A program made the position numbers and the translations under genes. Positions 9,336 through 17,148 of a stretch of DNA of 64,000 nt are shown piece by piece. The notes below the pieces were generated by a model, which was not told the DNA's origin, did no database searches, and saw only the letters and a program-made list of their open reading frames with translations. The DNA is from Thermoanaerobaculia bacterium (GTDB lineage: Bacteria > Acidobacteriota > Thermoanaerobaculia > Gp7-AA8): assembly GCA_035544675.1 (NCBI GenBank), contig DATKCA010000026.1, forward strand, positions 11,671-75,670, given 5' to 3'. The first letter of the stretch is position 1. Every line of letters starts with the position of its first letter.

Positions 9336-10904
9336 TCAAGCCACCAGCAGGTCCCGCAGCCTGCGCCGGATCTCGCGGTCACGGCGCTCGAGGGCGATGC
9401 GGTCGCGCTCCAGCGCGTCGAGGAGCGAGCGCAGCGACCGGTACGCCTCGCCCCGCTCGGACGCCTCGCGCAGCAGGACCGCGGGACTGAGCCCGCGCTG
9501 CTCGAGGCGGTGGTGGACGGCGTCCCGGATTGCGGCCGGCGCGGGATCGGCGGTGAGCTCGCCGAGCTCGGTCCGGACGGCACGGCGCTTTCGCCACCAC
9601 GGCCACACCGCGAACCAGATGACCACGCCGACGATCGCCGCCATGGCCACCGGTAGAGACAGTCGAAGCAGCGGCGATCGGATGGAGCGATCGGCCAGCG
9701 CGCCGCCGCCCGCGGCCGCCTCACCCGTTGCCGCGATCACCTCCAGCGTCCGCGCCTCGCAGCGCAGCGTCTGCCGTCTGCCCGCGGCAGGCGAGAATAC
9801 GGCGAGCTCCATCGCCGGCACCGTCATCCTCCCCGACCGCCGCGGGAACATGACGAACTTCCAGCGGCGCGTCATCGCCGGCGCACTCTCCGTCTTGAGC
9901 ATCGACACACCCGAGTCGATGACCTGCACCGCGGCCGCGGGCGCGGTGCGGAAACTCGGAGCGCCGGCCGCCCGGACGTTGCCCCGCCCGGACAGCACCG
10001 CGTCCACCACGACCGGTCCGCCGTTCTTCTGCACGGGCGTGGTACAGCGCAGCATCAGATCGCCGACCGCGGCCACGGCCGGGCCGGGCGGAATCTCCCG
10101 CGCCTGCACGGCCACGGTGGCCGACGCGTAGGTCAGCTCGGCCAGGCTTCCCTCGAACATGCCGAAGACGCTGCGCGCCGAGCGGCGGACGAGCGCGCCT
10201 TCGATCTCCATCGGCCCGATCTCCAGCCTGCCGCTGCGCAGCGGGAACAGCGCCACGCGCCGGATCGGCATCTTCTGCATCGAATACGTTCCCACCGACA
10301 CCGGCGAGGGCTGCGAGCTGCGGACGTCGAGCTCTTCGACCCAGAAGTCGTTCAGCTTCGGAATCGATCCGATCTGCCACTGGTGAATGTTCGCGGCGTT
10401 GTAGAGCCACCAGGTGACGACGACCTGCTCGCCGACGTAAGCCGACTGCTTGTCCGCTTCCACCACGATGAAGAAGGGGTCGCGCTCGCTCGCCATCAGC
10501 TCCTGCAGCACGATCATCGGATCGTTCGACGCTGCCGCGCGGTCCGGCAAAACCTGCAGGGTCACCGGCTGGAGCGTGGCCCGCTGTCCGCGTACGAGCA
10601 GCTCCACCGGGCCGGCCGTGGCCGGACCGGGCCCGGTGGCACGGGCGCGGAACCGGAAGACCTTGCGTCGCGTCATCGCACCGTTGATGTATGAGAACTC
10701 GGATGAGACCGCGGGCGAGCCGGTGATGGCGAGGTTCCGGGTGGGGACGTAGACGTCGCCGAGCTTGGCGAACTCCCCTTCCAGCGAGACCGTGATGGTG
10801 ACGAAGTCGCCCTGGCGCACCGAGCGGCGGTCGACGGAGAGGTCGTTGGAGAAGGCTCGTGCCGCGGCCAGAAGAATCAGCAGCAGCGAGACGCGTCTCA
10901 CCAC
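9336..10904 (-). CDS. batD: BatD-like oxygen-tolerance protein
   Basis: Signal peptide, long beta-rich ectodomain, one C-terminal TM and a charged tail. It is the last gene of the MoxR/DUF58/VWA/TPR operon. GTG start at 10904. Confidence 0.7.
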   Translation of the reverse strand: MVRRVSLLLILLAAARAFSNDLSVDRRSVRQGDFVTITVSLEGEFAKLGDVYVPTRNLAITGSPAVSSEFSYINGAMTRRKVFRFRARATGPGPATAGPVELLVRGQRATLQPVTLQVLPDRAAASNDPMIVLQELMASERDPFFIVVEADKQSAYVGEQVVVTWWLYNAANIHQWQIGSIPKLNDFWVEELDVRSSQPSPVSVGTYSMQKMPIRRVALFPLRSGRLEIGPMEIEGALVRRSARSVFGMFEGSLAELTYASATVAVQAREIPPGPAVAAVGDLMLRCTTPVQKNGGPVVVDAVLSGRGNVRAAGAPSFRTAPAAAVQVIDSGVSMLKTESAPAMTRRWKFVMFPRRSGRMTVPAMELAVFSPAAGRRQTLRCEARTLEVIAATGEAAAGGGALADRSIRSPLLRLSLPVAMAAIVGVVIWFAVWPWWRKRRAVRTELGELTADPAPAAIRDAVHHRLEQRGLSPAVLLREASERGEAYRSLRSLLDALERDRIALERRDREIRRRLRDLLVA

Positions 10905-11569
10905 CCCACCGCCCGCGACTCTCCCCTGGCCCTCTTCATGCGGGCCAGCTCTTCCTGTTCCTGCTGCTGCACCGATCGGAGCAACGCCTCCGCATCCGCC
11001 TCACCGCCCTGCTTCTGCTCCTGCTCGTCGCCCGGGTTGGGCTGCGGAGGCTGCTGTGGCTGCGGGCTGCCTCCTCCCTGCCTTCGCTGCTGCCGGCGCT
11101 GCCGCTGTTCCTCATCGAGACGGTGCTGCGCGATCTCGAGGTTGCGCTTCGCATCGCGGTCGCCCGGCGCCAGGCGCAGCGCCTCGGAGTAGTCGCGGAT
11201 GGCGTGCTCGAACGCCTTCGATGCCAGCGCGCTGTTCCCGCGGTTGTACAACGCCCCCGAGCGAAGCGACGGGTCGCTCATCGCGCTGGTGATCGTGGCC
11301 GAGCCCTCCGTGCGTCTGCCGGCGGCGATCTGCGAAGTGCCGAGGTTGAACGCGGAACGCGGATTCGGAGCGATGCCGGAAGCGGTGCGATAGGAGCGCG
11401 CCGCTTCTTCGAAACGGCCGGTCGCGTACTGCTGCTCCCCGCGCGTCGACGCGGCGTGGGAGTTCGTCTCGCGCGTGAGCTGCTTCCAGAAGGCGGAAAG
11501 ACGTTCGGGTGCGGCCGCCGGGAATGGCGGCGCTCCACCGGCCTGCGTGAGCGCGAGGATGGCGATCAC
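10898..11569 (-). CDS. batC: TPR-repeat protein, BatC-like
   Basis: TPR repeats (ATGRFEEAARSYRTA..., ALYNRGNSALASKAFEHAIRDYSEALRL) and a Gln/Arg/Glu-rich tail. I chose GTG 11569, which has GGGAGG 9 nt upstream. Alternative starts at 11617 or 11680 would translate a heptamer repeat. Confidence 0.65.
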   Translation of the reverse strand: MIAILALTQAGGAPPFPAAAPERLSAFWKQLTRETNSHAASTRGEQQYATGRFEEAARSYRTASGIAPNPRSAFNLGTSQIAAGRRTEGSATITSAMSDPSLRSGALYNRGNSALASKAFEHAIRDYSEALRLAPGDRDAKRNLEIAQHRLDEEQRQRRQQRRQGGGSPQPQQPPQPNPGDEQEQKQGGEADAEALLRSVQQQEQEELARMKRARGESRAVGW

Positions 11570-11587
11570 AACGGACCACCTCCCGAA

Positions 11588-11613
11588 ACCCGAGGCCCGA
11601 GGCCCCTGGCCCC
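11588..11613. repeat. short heptamer array (CGAGGCC)2(CCTGGCC)
   Basis: cccgaggcccgaggcccctggcccctc, immediately downstream of the batB stop. Confidence 0.7.
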
Positions 11614-12570
11614 TCACTCCGCCCCTCGATTCAGGAGAGAGCCGCAGAAGAAAGCCATGAACGCCAGCGCCAGCGGCCACTGGTATCGGTCGACCGGGAC
11701 GCGTACGTCTTTCTCGCGCGAGGCGCCGCCGGCGCCGCGCTGCATGAGAGGATCGAGCGCACTCTCGGAGAACGGATTCTGGAGGAGCGTCCCTCCCGTA
11801 TCGCGCGCGATGCGCTGCATGTTCTCGGAGCGGGCCCGGGTGGTGACGATCTCACCCGACTCGTCGCGAAGGACGCCGTTACCGGCGGGGATCGTGCCGC
11901 CGCCGGCGGTTCCGACGACGATCGCCGACACGCTCACTCCACGCGCTCTCGCGAACCGGAGAGCGTCGGCGATGCGACCGCGGCCCTGTTCTTCGCCGTC
12001 CGAGATGAGGATGACATCGGCCTTCTGGCCGGAGTCGATCTGCACGAGCTGCAGCGACTTCTCGATGGCCGCGCCGAGGTCCGACCCGGCCACGCCCACT
12101 TCGCCGGGCTGCAGAGTGTCGAGAAGAGCGAGCACCGCGTCGGAATCGTTGGTGAGCGGCGAGACGACTTCCGCCGCCGCCTCGAACGTGACGAGGGCGA
12201 CGCGACCGCCGTGATTCTCAAGGAGGACCCTGGCCAGCGCCTTCGCGGCGGCCAGACGCGACGCGCCGACGTCTTCGGCGGCCATGCTGTGCGATACGTC
12301 GATGGCGATGACGCGGTTCGACTCGCGGCTCACGATCGGCACCGTCGTGTATCCGGCGTACGGACCAGCCAGGGCCAGCGCCGCCGCGGCGATGGCGATC
12401 GACATCGCGATGGGGCGCGCCGCGCGGAGAGGATTGGCCACACCGCGCAGACGCTCGGCCGAGAAGCGGCGCGCGATCCGCGCCCGAAGCGCCTCCCGCG
12501 ACATCAGGAACACCAGCGCGACCGGCACCGCCGCCGCGGCCCACAGCCAGATGGGAGAGCGGAAGCTCAC
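11614..12570 (-). CDS. batB: VWA-domain membrane protein, BatB-like
   Basis: MIDAS motif IAIDVSHSM, with N- and C-terminal TMs. GTG 12570 overlaps the batA stop as GTGA. Confidence 0.8.
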   Translation of the reverse strand: MSFRSPIWLWAAAAVPVALVFLMSREALRARIARRFSAERLRGVANPLRAARPIAMSIAIAAAALALAGPYAGYTTVPIVSRESNRVIAIDVSHSMAAEDVGASRLAAAKALARVLLENHGGRVALVTFEAAAEVVSPLTNDSDAVLALLDTLQPGEVGVAGSDLGAAIEKSLQLVQIDSGQKADVILISDGEEQGRGRIADALRFARARGVSVSAIVVGTAGGGTIPAGNGVLRDESGEIVTTRARSENMQRIARDTGGTLLQNPFSESALDPLMQRGAGGASREKDVRVPVDRYQWPLALAFMAFFCGSLLNRGAE

Positions 12571-13574
12571 GCCGGCACCCTCAGCCACAACGTCTCGCCG
12601 GCCAGCAGCGCGGCGAGCAGGAGCGAGAGGCCCGCGCCGAGCGGCCACGTGTACAGCTCATCGACGACGTCGGTCTTCGGCGCGGTGAGGCGAGTCTTCT
12701 CCAGGCTGTCGATGCGCTTCAGCACGTCGCCCAGGGAGCGCGCGCCCGTGGCGCGGAAGTATTCGCCGCCGGTGGCGGACGAGATGCCCGACAGCGTCTT
12801 CTCGTCGATCTCGCCGCGGATGTGCTGGTACACCGTCTCGATCTCCCCGGTGAACGGGTTCTGCCGCTTGATGGGGAGCGGCACGGGCCCTTCGCTGCCC
12901 ACGCCGATCGTGTAGACCTTGATCCCGTACTTCGCGGCCAGCGAGGCCGCCACGAGCGGGTCGATCGACCCGGCGTTGTTCACGCCGTCGGTGACCAGGA
13001 TGATCACGCGGCTCTGCGTGCGCGAGGTGCGCAGCCGGTTGACCGCGGTGGCCACGGCATGACCGATGGCCGTGCCGTTGCCGTTCTCGCCGACTTCGGC
13101 CTTGGCCAGGATCGAGCGCGCGATGTCGCGGTCGAACGTGATCGGAACGCGCGTGACGGCGCGGACGCCGAACGTGACGATGCCGATGCGGTCGTCCACG
13201 CGCCGCTCGATGAAATCGCCGATGAGGTCCTTGGCCACGGTGAAGCGATTGCGCGGGCGGAAGTCCTCCGCGGCCATGCTGCCCGACGCGTCGAGCGCCA
13301 CGACGATGTCCACGCCGAATCGATCGTTCGCGGCGGCGCGCTCCACGCGCTGCGGTCGCGCCAGCGCCACAGTGATGAGCAGGAGCGCCATCGTCTCCAG
13401 AACGAACGGCAGCCAGGCCAGGGAAACGCGCGGCGAGCGCTTCGCCGTCACCAGATCGAGCGACGAGAATCGGAAGAACGCGAACTGCCGCCGCCTGTCG
13501 CGGATGAGAAGCACCACGCGCCCGATGACGAGCAGCGCCAGCGCGAACCACAGCGGCGTGGCGAACCGGATCAT
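12567..13574 (-). CDS. batA: VWA-domain membrane protein, BatA-like
   Basis: MIDAS motif VALDASGSM, followed by ILVTDGVNN. ATG 13574 overlaps the upstream stop as ATGA. Confidence 0.85.
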   Translation of the reverse strand: MIRFATPLWFALALLVIGRVVLLIRDRRRQFAFFRFSSLDLVTAKRSPRVSLAWLPFVLETMALLLITVALARPQRVERAAANDRFGVDIVVALDASGSMAAEDFRPRNRFTVAKDLIGDFIERRVDDRIGIVTFGVRAVTRVPITFDRDIARSILAKAEVGENGNGTAIGHAVATAVNRLRTSRTQSRVIILVTDGVNNAGSIDPLVAASLAAKYGIKVYTIGVGSEGPVPLPIKRQNPFTGEIETVYQHIRGEIDEKTLSGISSATGGEYFRATGARSLGDVLKRIDSLEKTRLTAPKTDVVDELYTWPLGAGLSLLLAALLAGETLWLRVPA

Positions 13575-14299
13575 GCCGCCATCTCCTGCGGCGGCGCCGG
13601 AATGAGACCGAGCGCGCCCGTGGCGATGGCCTCGAAGTCGCCGGGAGGTGCGCCCCACGGCGAGAATTTCTCGGCGTCACCGCGGCGCAGGATCTCCCTC
13701 ACCAGCGCGCTGTGCTCCCGATCGATGCGCGGCAAGAGCTGCGACGTGGTCAGGTCGGCGCCCAGGTATGGGGTGAGCGAGGCCAGGTAGCGGCGCGTGG
13801 CGTCGGCCAGCGCGGCCCAGCGCTGCCCGCGCGGATTCCTGATCAGGCTGAGGACGGTGGCGCGGAACCGGTCCGCCGCCGGCATCTCCGGCGGCAGCGC
13901 CTCCACCTTCTCCTTCGCGCGCGCCAGAAACAGGACGATGGCCCAGGCCATGAGACATGCCAGCCCGGCGATGCCGATCGCCATGAGCGGACGCCGTGGC
14001 GCCGGAACCACGAGCGGCTTCTTCAGAGCAGAGGGCTCGAGCTGGTCGCCGGGCGGAATGACCGATCGCACCGGAATGTCGAGGTTGCGGAAGCGGACAT
14101 TGCCGGCCTGCCCGGAGAGCGAGATCGGTCGCGGCTGAAACGTGCGGACCACGGCGCGGCGCCCCTCCTGCGAGACGATCTCGTACGACGGCGACGCATC
14201 GAGGCGCACCGCTTCCTGGAAGTCGAGCGTGATGGGGTCGCCCACCGTCGGCGCGGCCGGCCGGAACGTCACCGTCACGAGAAGGAGCTCCAGGATCAT
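13571..14299 (-). CDS. hypothetical single-pass membrane protein of the Bat operon (DUF4381-like C-terminal half)
   Basis: Central TM AIGIAGLACLMAWAIVLFLA. ATG 14299 overlaps the DUF58 stop as ATGA. Its position between DUF58 and batA matches known operons. Confidence 0.55.
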   Translation of the reverse strand: MILELLLVTVTFRPAAPTVGDPITLDFQEAVRLDASPSYEIVSQEGRRAVVRTFQPRPISLSGQAGNVRFRNLDIPVRSVIPPGDQLEPSALKKPLVVPAPRRPLMAIGIAGLACLMAWAIVLFLARAKEKVEALPPEMPAADRFRATVLSLIRNPRGQRWAALADATRRYLASLTPYLGADLTTSQLLPRIDREHSALVREILRRGDAEKFSPWGAPPGDFEAIATGALGLIPAPPQEMAA

Positions 14300-15195
14300 C
14301 GTCTGCGCGCCAGCCGTCCGCGGAAGAATCGGATGAGATCGCGATCGTAGGGAACCGCCGTCGACACCGGTATCCAGTCGACGCCGCCGCTGCGGAAACG
14401 CCGATCCAGGAGCGCGCGCCACTGGCCGGAGCGGAGCCCGACTTCGCTGCGGGTGAGGTCGACCAGGCGCCCCTCACCCGATTCGGCATCGACGACGGCA
14501 ATGAGGCCACGCCCCGGGAAGTGCTCCTCGCGCGGGTCGCTCACGGCCAGCGCGATGACGTCGTGCTTCCTGTTCAGCCGCTTCAGCGGTCTCTCGAAGT
14601 CGAGCTCCAGAAAGTCCGAGACCAGGATCACGACGGCGCGCTTGGCGTTCACGTGCTCGAGGTAGCGCGATGCCGCGCCGAGATCGGCCACGCCTCCCGT
14701 GCCTCGCATGGCCGCGTCGACGGCCGCGCGCGCGATCACCTGCGCGTGCTCCCGTCCCTTGCGCGGCGGGATGTACGAGCTGACCGTGCCGGCGAACAGC
14801 AGCAGGCCGACGCGGTCGGAGTTCTGGACCGCCGCGAACGCGAACACCGACGCCAGCTCCGCGGCGATGTCGCACTTGCGCCAGTCGACCGAGCCGAAAG
14901 CCATCGAGCCGGAAATGTCCACGGCGATGATGATGGTGAGGTCGCGCTCCTCCACGAACTGTTTCACGTGCGGGACGCCGCTGCGCGCGGTCACGTTCCA
15001 GTCGATCGTGCGGATGTCGTCGCCAGGCTGGTACTCGCGCACCTGCGAGAACTCGATGCCCCGGCCGTGAAACGCCGAGTGATAGTCGCCCGCGAAACCG
15101 GCCCGGATGAGGCGGCCGCTGACGATCTCCAGGTCCGCGACGCGCCGCGCGGTGGGAGTCTGGAGCTGCGGGGCTTTGCGGCGGAAGATCTTCAT
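14296..15195 (-). CDS. DUF58 protein (MoxR partner)
   Basis: Contains REYQPGDDIRTIDWNVTAR and AVDISGSM. I chose ATG 15195 because the alternative ATG 15237 would translate the heptamer repeat at 15201-15232. Confidence 0.8.
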   Translation of the reverse strand: MKIFRRKAPQLQTPTARRVADLEIVSGRLIRAGFAGDYHSAFHGRGIEFSQVREYQPGDDIRTIDWNVTARSGVPHVKQFVEERDLTIIIAVDISGSMAFGSVDWRKCDIAAELASVFAFAAVQNSDRVGLLLFAGTVSSYIPPRKGREHAQVIARAAVDAAMRGTGGVADLGAASRYLEHVNAKRAVVILVSDFLELDFERPLKRLNRKHDVIALAVSDPREEHFPGRGLIAVVDAESGEGRLVDLTRSEVGLRSGQWRALLDRRFRSGGVDWIPVSTAVPYDRDLIRFFRGRLARRR

Positions 15196-15200
15196 GGTCT

Positions 15201-15232
15201 TGGCCCTGAGCCCCGAGCCCTGAGCCCTGGCC
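15201..15232. repeat. single-arm heptamer array (CCCTGAG/CCCCGAG)
   Basis: tggccctgagccccgagccctgagccctggcc, between the moxR stop and the DUF58 ATG at 15195. It is the reverse complement of the 4226-4250 word. Confidence 0.8.
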
Positions 15233-15233
15233 T

Positions 15234-16229
15234 TCATGGGACGGCGACGGCTCCGAGGATCTGGTCGATGATGCGCTCGGCAGTCATCTGCTCGGCCGCG
15301 GCCTCGTAGCTGAGGACCAGGCGGTGGCGCAGCACGTCATGCGCGATCGACTTCACATCCTCGGGGATCACGTACGGACGGCCCTGGATGAACGCGTAGC
15401 CCTTGGCCACGTGGGCCAGAGCGAGCGTGGCTCGCGGCGATGCTCCGAAGGAGATGAAGGGCTCGAGCGATCCCAGCCGCACCTCCGCCGGCCTGCGGGT
15501 GGCCGTGACGACCTGCACGATGTAGCGGCTGATGCGATCGTCGACGTGGACCGATGCGGCGAGCCGGGCGATGCCCTCGATCTCTTCGAGGCGGAGCACG
15601 CGCCGGATGGACACGTCGTCCGCGGTCGGGTCGAGGTAGAGGCTGAGGATGCGCAGCTCCTCCTCTGGAGTCGGATAGTCGACCCGCAGCTTCATCACGA
15701 ACCGGTCCACCTGCGCCTCGGGCAGCGCGTAGGTGCCTTCGTGCTCGATCGGGTTCTGCGTGGCGATGACCACGAAGGGATCGGGGAGCGGGTACGAAGT
15801 GTCGCCGATGGTGACCTGCCGCTCCTGCATGGCCTCCAGGAGCGCGCTCTGCACCTTGGCCGGAGCGCGGTTGATCTCGTCCGCCAGCACCAGGTTTGCG
15901 AAGATCGGCCCGAAGCGCGCATTGAACGTGCGGACGTTGGGGTCGAAGATGAGCGTGCCGGTGATGTCGGCGGGGAGAAGGTCCGGCGTGAACTGCACGC
16001 GTTTGAACGAGGCGTGGATCGCGCCGGCAAGCGATTTGACGAGCAGGGTCTTGGCCAGGCCGGGCAGGCCTTCCACGAGCACGTGGCCGCGGACGAGCAG
16101 GGCGATGATGAGCCGGTCGACGATGGCCCCCTGCCCGATCACTGCCCGGCCCACTTCCTGGCGCAGCCGGGCGATGGTCTCCTGGGCCGCTGCGATGTTC
16201 GCTGTTACCGCTGTTTCGTTGAGTGGCAT
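15234..16229 (-). CDS. moxR: MoxR-family AAA+ ATPase
   Basis: Walker A GLPGLAKT and Walker B LADEINRAP, followed by VIATQNPIEHEGTYALPEAQVDRF. Confidence 0.92.
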   Translation of the reverse strand: MPLNETAVTANIAAAQETIARLRQEVGRAVIGQGAIVDRLIIALLVRGHVLVEGLPGLAKTLLVKSLAGAIHASFKRVQFTPDLLPADITGTLIFDPNVRTFNARFGPIFANLVLADEINRAPAKVQSALLEAMQERQVTIGDTSYPLPDPFVVIATQNPIEHEGTYALPEAQVDRFVMKLRVDYPTPEEELRILSLYLDPTADDVSIRRVLRLEEIEGIARLAASVHVDDRISRYIVQVVTATRRPAEVRLGSLEPFISFGASPRATLALAHVAKGYAFIQGRPYVIPEDVKSIAHDVLRHRLVLSYEAAAEQMTAERIIDQILGAVAVP

Positions 16230-16255
16230 CAGGTCAGAATGTTACCCGCACTCCC

Positions 16256-17041
16256 ATGGCTAAGCCGAAGAAGAAGTGGGGCCAGAACTTCCTGCGAAAC
16301 CGCGGCGCGGTCGAGAAAATTGTCGCCGCCGTGGAGCCGGAGCCGGGGGACGTGATCGTGGAGATCGGACCGGGCGAGGGTGTGCTCACCGGGAAGCTGC
16401 TCGAGCTGGGGCATCCGCTGGTGGCGCTGGAGATCGATCCGGAGCTGACCGGGAGGCTGGCGGCGCGCTTCGCCGGGCTCGATGTGAGAACCGCCGACGC
16501 GCTCGATGCGCCGCTGCCCGAGGGGCCGTATCGCGCGGTCGGGAATCTGCCGTACAACGTGGGGACCCCGATTCTGAGGCGGGTGATTGCCGACCCGAAC
16601 TGCCGGCGGGCGGTGTTCATGCTGCAGAAGGAGGTCGCGGACCGTCTGGTGGCGAAGCCGGGGACCGAGCAGTACGGCTACCTGACGCTGTACGGGCAGG
16701 TGTTCGCTGAGGCGCGGATCCTGATGAGGCTCGGGCCGAAGTCGTTCTATCCACCGCCGCGGGTGGACAGCGCGGTGGTCGTGCTCGACCCTCTCGCGCA
16801 GCCGCGCACGACGGATCGGGAGGGGTTGCTCGAGCTGATCAGCACGTCGTTCCGCATGCGCCGCAAGAAGTTGATCAACAACCTGATCGGCTGGCGCGGC
16901 CTCACCCGCGCCGACATCCTGCCGGTGCTGACCGCCGCGGGGGTCGACCCCGACATCCGGGCCGAACAGCTCTCCCTCGCGGAGGTCGAGGGGGTCAGGT
17001 CTTGCCTTTTCCCTTTTCCCACAATAGGTAGAGTTCCCTGA
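16256..17041 (+). CDS. rsmA: 16S rRNA (adenine1518/1519-N6)-dimethyltransferase
   Basis: Contains KKKWGQNFL, VEIGPGEGVLT and GNLPYNVGTPIL. ATG at 16256. The last 16 codons lie inside a 29-bp inverted-repeat arm. Confidence 0.9.
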   Translation: MAKPKKKWGQNFLRNRGAVEKIVAAVEPEPGDVIVEIGPGEGVLTGKLLELGHPLVALEIDPELTGRLAARFAGLDVRTADALDAPLPEGPYRAVGNLPYNVGTPILRRVIADPNCRRAVFMLQKEVADRLVAKPGTEQYGYLTLYGQVFAEARILMRLGPKSFYPPPRVDSAVVVLDPLAQPRTTDREGLLELISTSFRMRRKKLINNLIGWRGLTRADILPVLTAAGVDPDIRAEQLSLAEVEGVRSCLFPFPTIGRVP

Positions 17042-17144
17042 GACGCGAGCGATCTGCGATGCGGGCACGTCTACATCTCGGAGAGCAGTCTCTCTCGGGA
17101 TGTCTACGAGGAGTAGGAAAAGGGAAAAGGCAAGACCTGACCCC
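16991..17144. repeat. perfect 29-bp inverted repeat separated by 96 nt
   Basis: ggggtcaggtcttgccttttcccttttcc (16991-17019) is the exact reverse complement of 17116-17144. The arms contain (CCTTTT/GGAAAA) 7-nt periodicity, and the spacer has further imperfect dyads. Confidence 0.9.
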
Positions 17145-17148
17145 CCCC

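Noticed and set aside
10898-11680. Longer BatC (start 11680 or GTG 11617) and longer DUF58 (start 15237, ATGA overlap with moxR).
   Set aside because: Both extensions would translate heptamer arrays that are intergenic everywhere else. Downstream starts exist (GTG 11569 with GGGAGG, and ATG 15195). This is uncertain, and the longer forms cannot be excluded from sequence alone.
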